IMG/VR virus record: IMGVR_UViG_3300025314_001151
Source: an uncultured virus (IMG/VR IMGVR_UViG_3300025314_001151)
Lineage: Duplodnaviria; Heunggongvirae; Uroviricota; Caudoviricetes
Strand: one strand, 5' to 3'
DNA: 64,000 nt
The notes below the pieces were generated by a model. It did no database searches. It had not been told where the DNA came from and was given only the letters and a program-made list of their open reading frames with translations. Numbering within the stretch: position 1 is the stretch's first letter; each line of letters starts with the position of its first letter. Position numbers and translations under genes: made by a program. Positions 59,021-64,000 of the stretch are shown piece after piece.

Positions 59021-59256
59021 CTAACTCCTCTCAATATTTCTGCAAGTATTTTATTGACTTGTTCTAATATCTTTTCATCTTTGATTCTATATTGTTCATA
59101 CCATCCAGGTCCTCTCGAATTATTTTTTACTATTGTAATACATGATCTGCAAATAATCTCAGTTCTAGGAAAAATATATATTCTCTCGACAATTTTTCCG
59201 TCATTGCTAATACAATAAAAAATAAGATAGCCAAATTGCTTCATTACTGAAACCAC
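59017..59256 (-). pseudogene. C-terminal fragment of the nuclease family
   Basis: FYCISNDGKIVERIYIFP...WYEQYRI. Confidence 0.55.
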
Positions 59257-59377
59257 CGTTGTGTCTCATTTGTAAACCACTAACTTCAGCAAAATATCGC
59301 TATAAATTTCTTAGAAACTCATACATTTCATCTATTACAAAATTGATATCAAATTCGAACAAATGTTCAAAATATTT

Positions 59378-60151
59378 TCATACATTTTCCAATACTATTA
59401 TGGCATTTTTTAACCAGTTGCTAATAATATCTGTAGGTACTTTGCCGATAAACTGTAATACCATGTCGTCTCTAAGTCTCCATTTGTCTTCTCTTCCTTT
59501 TATTAGTTTATCAACCCAAAATCGCCTTGTCTGAACGGTCACATGTCCTGCTACGGCCATGCTTTCCAGCTCTATAGGGACTTTCTCACCTTTTTTAAGA
59601 ATATAACCTGTTCCATCTCCTTGTAAGCCACCACTTCCGCATGTCGCTATCTGAAGAAATACCCACTTTTTTGCTACTCTATACATTTCATTAATGATAT
59701 TATTCATATCGTCCAGATATATGTGTTCAAATAAATCCAGCGCGACGACTAAATCAAATGCTGAGCCTCCATATGGCCATGTCGCAGTAGCATCGTGTTG
59801 AATAATCCATCCTTTTTGGCATCTTGGATATGGGTTCTGTATTGCCCAGTTACTATAATCAAATCCCCATGCCTCGATACCAATATCACGGAGATAAGTA
59901 ACAAACTGACCCCGACCACAACCCACATCAAGAACTTTACATAATCCAGAATCAGTATTACACTTTCTCAGACTAAATATATCTTTCCAAGCCTCAGTTA
60001 TAGGTTTACATCCTAACCATTCTCCTGTTGAATTTTGGTATCCCCAATTAGCAATACTACCATCTGGCTTTCGAAATTGTTTTCCCTTGGGATCTGAAAA
60101 ATAATGTTGGTCATAATAATCTGCAGTAAAATTTTTTGGTATATCACTCAT
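59378..60151 (-). CDS. Class I SAM-dependent methyltransferase
   Basis: VLDVGCGRG, FDLVVALDLFEH. Confidence 0.88.
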   Translation of the reverse strand: MSDIPKNFTADYYDQHYFSDPKGKQFRKPDGSIANWGYQNSTGEWLGCKPITEAWKDIFSLRKCNTDSGLCKVLDVGCGRGQFVTYLRDIGIEAWGFDYSNWAIQNPYPRCQKGWIIQHDATATWPYGGSAFDLVVALDLFEHIYLDDMNNIINEMYRVAKKWVFLQIATCGSGGLQGDGTGYILKKGEKVPIELESMAVAGHVTVQTRRFWVDKLIKGREDKWRLRDDMVLQFIGKVPTDIISNWLKNAIIVLENV

Positions 60152-60357
60152 AATTGATATTTGCTCCTATTATAATATTTTATAAGAATATTTCTAAGCT
60201 TTTCAAGAATTTCAAATCCTCACCTAGGTCACATCCAAGGAGAGTATCCTAGCCTATAAAATCTGTTAACATTGTTAGACAACGATCTTTAGTTGAAAGT
60301 CTTTTCTTAATACTTATTAATAATATTAACAGTTTTGTTTGACTATATAAAAATTAT

Positions 60358-61491
60358 TTATATATTCGTATACTTTCTATATATGTCCATATGTCTTTTT
60401 GCCACATTTTTCCAGCTTGTCCTATTTGCACATTCCAGTGCAGCAAGACTAAGTTGTTCACTATTTTCAAATGCGCTTATTATACATTTTTCTAATCCTT
60501 TCTGATCTTTAAACTTTAGACAATCATATCCATGCTCTACATCACTGAAATGTTTAACATCTGAACAAATTACAGGCTTACCAGCTCCAATAATGCGGTG
60601 CATAGCGCCAGAAACTGAAAAATGATCCTTTGCTGCATAATCGAATAACAAAATATCGCTTGCCTGTGCATATAAATTTACTTCATTTTCTACTAGAAAT
60701 CTATTGATAAAAGTAACGTTTTTATCATTTGGTATATGTATAGAAGTTGCAACATTATGCGGGGCTCCAGAAATTATAAGATGCAAACCTGTATTTTTAG
60801 CAGCACTTATTAGCCTACTATAATTCTTGTCTCCACTTTGAAATCCAAATACAAATCCGATGGGTATATCTATATCTATACCAAGAAGTCTTCTGGCATC
60901 TTCTTTTTTCATTTCTGGTATCAACATTGATCCATGAGGAATTGTCCATATATCTTTTGAAGTATTGATAGTATGGCGTACATATTCAGAATGAACTATG
61001 TGAGCTACTACGTCATAATTGGATTCATATTCTTTTATCGCATCCTCTGTATGTTTTGATACGGTGTGCCATGTAATTATCAACTTGACAGCTTTAGCTG
61101 TTTCCTGATTTTTTATTTTTGGAGGTTCAGGAATAATGCCAAATTCATGTTGTAAATGTGTCAACCTTCCAATACTTTGATATTTTAGTATACCTTGATT
61201 AATAGGATTTATTCCAAATGAATCTGGTACCATTATGTCAAGATTGTCTAATAAATATCTTGTATATGTAGCGATTCCACAGTTCACATTCCACGTAGAA
61301 ACAAAGACTATTTTGTCGACTAAAGCTTGTTCTTCTTCTTCAAAAGTTGAGAAATACATTCTAGCATCACTTTCTGACATATCACGTAAAAATTTATCTT
61401 TTAGTCCATGATACCAATGCTTACCAGATAATTTATTATCATTAACCAACCGGTCGAATTCTTCTAATGTCCTAACATCTTTTTTTCCCAT
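60358..61491 (-). CDS. GT4-like glycosyltransferase with N-terminal extension
   Basis: CGIATYT, QHEFG, PHG, FGF, SVSGA. Confidence 0.8.
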   Translation of the reverse strand: MGKKDVRTLEEFDRLVNDNKLSGKHWYHGLKDKFLRDMSESDARMYFSTFEEEEQALVDKIVFVSTWNVNCGIATYTRYLLDNLDIMVPDSFGINPINQGILKYQSIGRLTHLQHEFGIIPEPPKIKNQETAKAVKLIITWHTVSKHTEDAIKEYESNYDVVAHIVHSEYVRHTINTSKDIWTIPHGSMLIPEMKKEDARRLLGIDIDIPIGFVFGFQSGDKNYSRLISAAKNTGLHLIISGAPHNVATSIHIPNDKNVTFINRFLVENEVNLYAQASDILLFDYAAKDHFSVSGAMHRIIGAGKPVICSDVKHFSDVEHGYDCLKFKDQKGLEKCIISAFENSEQLSLAALECANRTSWKNVAKRHMDIYRKYTNI

Positions 61492-61548
61492 ATGTATATA
61501 TACTCCATTTAGAGCCTCATTTCAGTAATATTCATAAAATTTCATATT

Positions 61549-62049
61549 TCAGTAATAAATAAGTTTAAATCTTTTTCTACCATCACATGCAGATTTTATT
61601 ATTCTATGCATACCATCAATAATTGTAAATTCATAATCATCTTTCTTTGCAATAAAATTCAAAATTTTTATATCAATAGTTCCTTGACTTTTAAATTCGT
61701 CAATTTGTCTTATGGTCACATCTTCAGAAATCTTTTTTAATGACCAATTATTTCTTTCAAGATAACAATTTACTTCTCTATTGACTTCTCCTACATAAAT
61801 ATCAGAAATGCTAACATTGCTGATTCTCCAATTAGAAGGACCCTTAGATATAAAATCGTATACACAATTTCTTCTATAAGATGAAAAATATCTGCAAAGT
61901 TCTTTGACATGACCGTAATCTAGAGATATCACAAAATGTTCAAGGTCTATAATGCTATATTCTTTATTTTTTGACATCTCATCAAAAATATATTTTCTAT
62001 AAACATCATCTTTCTGCATTTGGTTCATATCGATATTGATATTTTTCAA
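61549..62049 (-). CDS. ParB/Srx-like motif protein
   Basis: IIDGMHRI. Confidence 0.5.
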   Translation of the reverse strand: MKNINIDMNQMQKDDVYRKYIFDEMSKNKEYSIIDLEHFVISLDYGHVKELCRYFSSYRRNCVYDFISKGPSNWRISNVSISDIYVGEVNREVNCYLERNNWSLKKISEDVTIRQIDEFKSQGTIDIKILNFIAKKDDYEFTIIDGMHRIIKSACDGRKRFKLIYY

Positions 62050-62063
62050 GTTTATTTACTACA

Positions 62064-62125
62064 TTTATTTACTTATTTTATTTATTTACTTATTTTATTT
62101 ATTTACTTATTTTATTTATTTACTT
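62064..62125. repeat. Tandem repeat, 17-nt unit TTATTTACTTATTTTAT, ~3.5 copies
   Basis: Directly visible. Confidence 0.85.
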
Positions 62126-62704
62126 TCGATATTTTATTGATTTAACAGAATCAAGAAATGATTTAAGAGATTCTACATCTTTTTCAGATGATAATCCTTT
62201 CGTCCAACTTCTGAGAAAATCTTCTTTATATTCTTGCTTCACTCCTGAACGGCTATCTCTCTGTCTGACTGATCCACTATCTATGATATGCCATCTTTTT
62301 CCGTCATAAATTAAATTTTCACCAATTAAATCGTAAATATAGTGTCTAGAATTTATAAGGAATCCAATTAATTCTCTTAACGCTTTCAAAGATCTACTCT
62401 TATATGAGAAGAATTCTGGATTCTTTTTTAAAATCTGGTCTAGGGTATTACCTTTGATATATGTCTTTAAAAGAGAACGACCATCATGATACCAACTGAC
62501 TTTGACCCTACTTACACCAAATTTTCTCCAGAATTTTGCATATTTTATCTCTTTCTTAAGAGATTCATGATGCCATTTATCATCAAATAATGGTTGTTTC
62601 CATATGAGTAATTTTCCATCAGTTTTTCTTTTTATTATTGATACCTTTGATCGTGCACCATGTCCACAATCCTGACGAATCATTCTAAATCTTTCCCTTC
62701 CCAT
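62120..62704 (-). CDS. Protein-kinase-like fold protein (fourth paralog)
   Basis: CGHGARS, IWK, YIYDLIGENL, IIDSG. Confidence 0.65.
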   Translation of the reverse strand: MGRERFRMIRQDCGHGARSKVSIIKRKTDGKLLIWKQPLFDDKWHHESLKKEIKYAKFWRKFGVSRVKVSWYHDGRSLLKTYIKGNTLDQILKKNPEFFSYKSRSLKALRELIGFLINSRHYIYDLIGENLIYDGKRWHIIDSGSVRQRDSRSGVKQEYKEDFLRSWTKGLSSEKDVESLKSFLDSVKSIKYRK

Positions 62705-62755
62705 ATTATCACTTATGAATCTAATTATGAAATCTAATTCTATTGATTATTAGTC

Positions 62756-63961
62756 TCATATGAATCTTATTAAATTCTTATCGGCATATCTTTTATATAT
62801 TTCTATATGACATTTTGCAGTCTTTTCCCAACTAGTCTTTTCTGCATACTCTTTTGCTGCCAGACTTAGTCTTTCTGAATCTTCTAATGCATGTTTTATG
62901 CACCATTCCAATTTCGATTGATTTTTAAATTTCAGACAATTATAATTATGTCTAACGTCATTAAAATGTCTGATATCTGAACAAATTATAGGTCTACCAG
63001 CACCTATAATACGGTGCATGGCTCCAGAAACTGAATAATGATCCTTTGTATTATAGTCAAATAATAATAAATCACTTGCCAAAGCATATAAATTTACATC
63101 ATTTTCTGTTAAAAATCTATTAATAAATGTAACATTTCTATCATTTTGTAAATATACAGAACTCATAAGACGATGTGGAGCACCAGAAATGATGATATGT
63201 ATACCAGTATTTCTAGCTGCATCAATTAGTCTTTGATAATTTTTATCTCCACTTTGAAATCCGAACACAAAGCCAATTGGCATATCAATTGTTATGTTCA
63301 ATAATCTTCTTGCTTCTTCTTTTTTAATCTCTGGAATTAGTGTAGATCCATGAGGCACTGTCCATATATCTTTAAATGTATTCATATCATGTCTTGCACA
63401 TTCAGAATGGACTATGTGAGCTACAACATTATAATTAGATTCAAAATTTTTTATTGCTTCATTTATATTTTTAGATACAGTATGCCATGTAATTATTAAT
63501 TTTCCTTTCATTCTTGGAAGTTTTTCTATTATACCAAATTCATGTTGAAGATGAGACAATCCATCTTTAATCTTATGCTTTAATATACCATCATTAATAG
63601 GATTTACTCTGAATGAATTGGGAGCAATTTTATTAATATCATCCATCAAATATTTTGTATATGTGGCTATTCCACAATTCACATTCCATGTAGATATGAA
63701 AACTATCTTATCTGTTTCTATATTTGGAATTAGACCCTGTTCGATGCATTTTATAGCATCATCTTCTGACATACCCCACCACCACTTGCCATCTAATCCG
63801 TGGTACCAATTCTTGCCAGAAGATTTGTTTCTATTGACAAATCGCTTGAAGTCGCTTAAGTTTCTTATGCCATGTTTGTCTTCTTTCTTTTTCTTCTCGT
63901 CTTTCTTTCTATTAGACTCATCCTTTCTATAATATTTTTCATTTTTCTTTCTATCAGACAT
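62756..63961 (-). CDS. GT4-like glycosyltransferase, paralog of 60358..61491
   Basis: Same motifs and the same SGK.WYHGL extension. Confidence 0.8.
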   Translation of the reverse strand: MSDRKKNEKYYRKDESNRKKDEKKKKEDKHGIRNLSDFKRFVNRNKSSGKNWYHGLDGKWWWGMSEDDAIKCIEQGLIPNIETDKIVFISTWNVNCGIATYTKYLMDDINKIAPNSFRVNPINDGILKHKIKDGLSHLQHEFGIIEKLPRMKGKLIITWHTVSKNINEAIKNFESNYNVVAHIVHSECARHDMNTFKDIWTVPHGSTLIPEIKKEEARRLLNITIDMPIGFVFGFQSGDKNYQRLIDAARNTGIHIIISGAPHRLMSSVYLQNDRNVTFINRFLTENDVNLYALASDLLLFDYNTKDHYSVSGAMHRIIGAGRPIICSDIRHFNDVRHNYNCLKFKNQSKLEWCIKHALEDSERLSLAAKEYAEKTSWEKTAKCHIEIYKRYADKNLIRFI

Positions 63962-64000
63962 GTATATTGCCTTATTGATGCCTAATTCCGCCCTTCATTA

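Overview
AT-rich 64-kb segment in which essentially every credible gene lies on the minus strand, with archaeal-type GGTGA/GGAGG ribosome-binding sites and many tandem direct repeats, mostly intergenic. Content: PEGA/Ig-like tail-anchored surface proteins, a tail-collar fibre protein, JAB, clan-CD and papain proteases, kinase-like paralogs, a GC-richer putative virion structural operon, a Dam-like methylase, a ~21-kb glycosylation cluster, two IS200/IS605 (TnpB) elements and a family of Zn-finger/PD-(D/E)xK-like nucleases. This fits a large archaeal extrachromosomal element or virus (Borg-like; host assignment is inference). Main finding: the putative capsid-like gene (36599-37249, minus) is interrupted by two micro-introns of 34 and 35 nt. 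Both fold into archaeal bulge-helix-bulge-type splice motifs, and removing them at the canonical cut positions restores one 193-aa ORF, suggesting mRNA splicing by tRNA-splicing machinery. Also notable: RBS-sequestering structured leaders upstream of nuclease genes, a kissing-loop ncRNA candidate, a micropeptide array and several Cys-motif paralog families. All product calls come from motif reading, not database searches.
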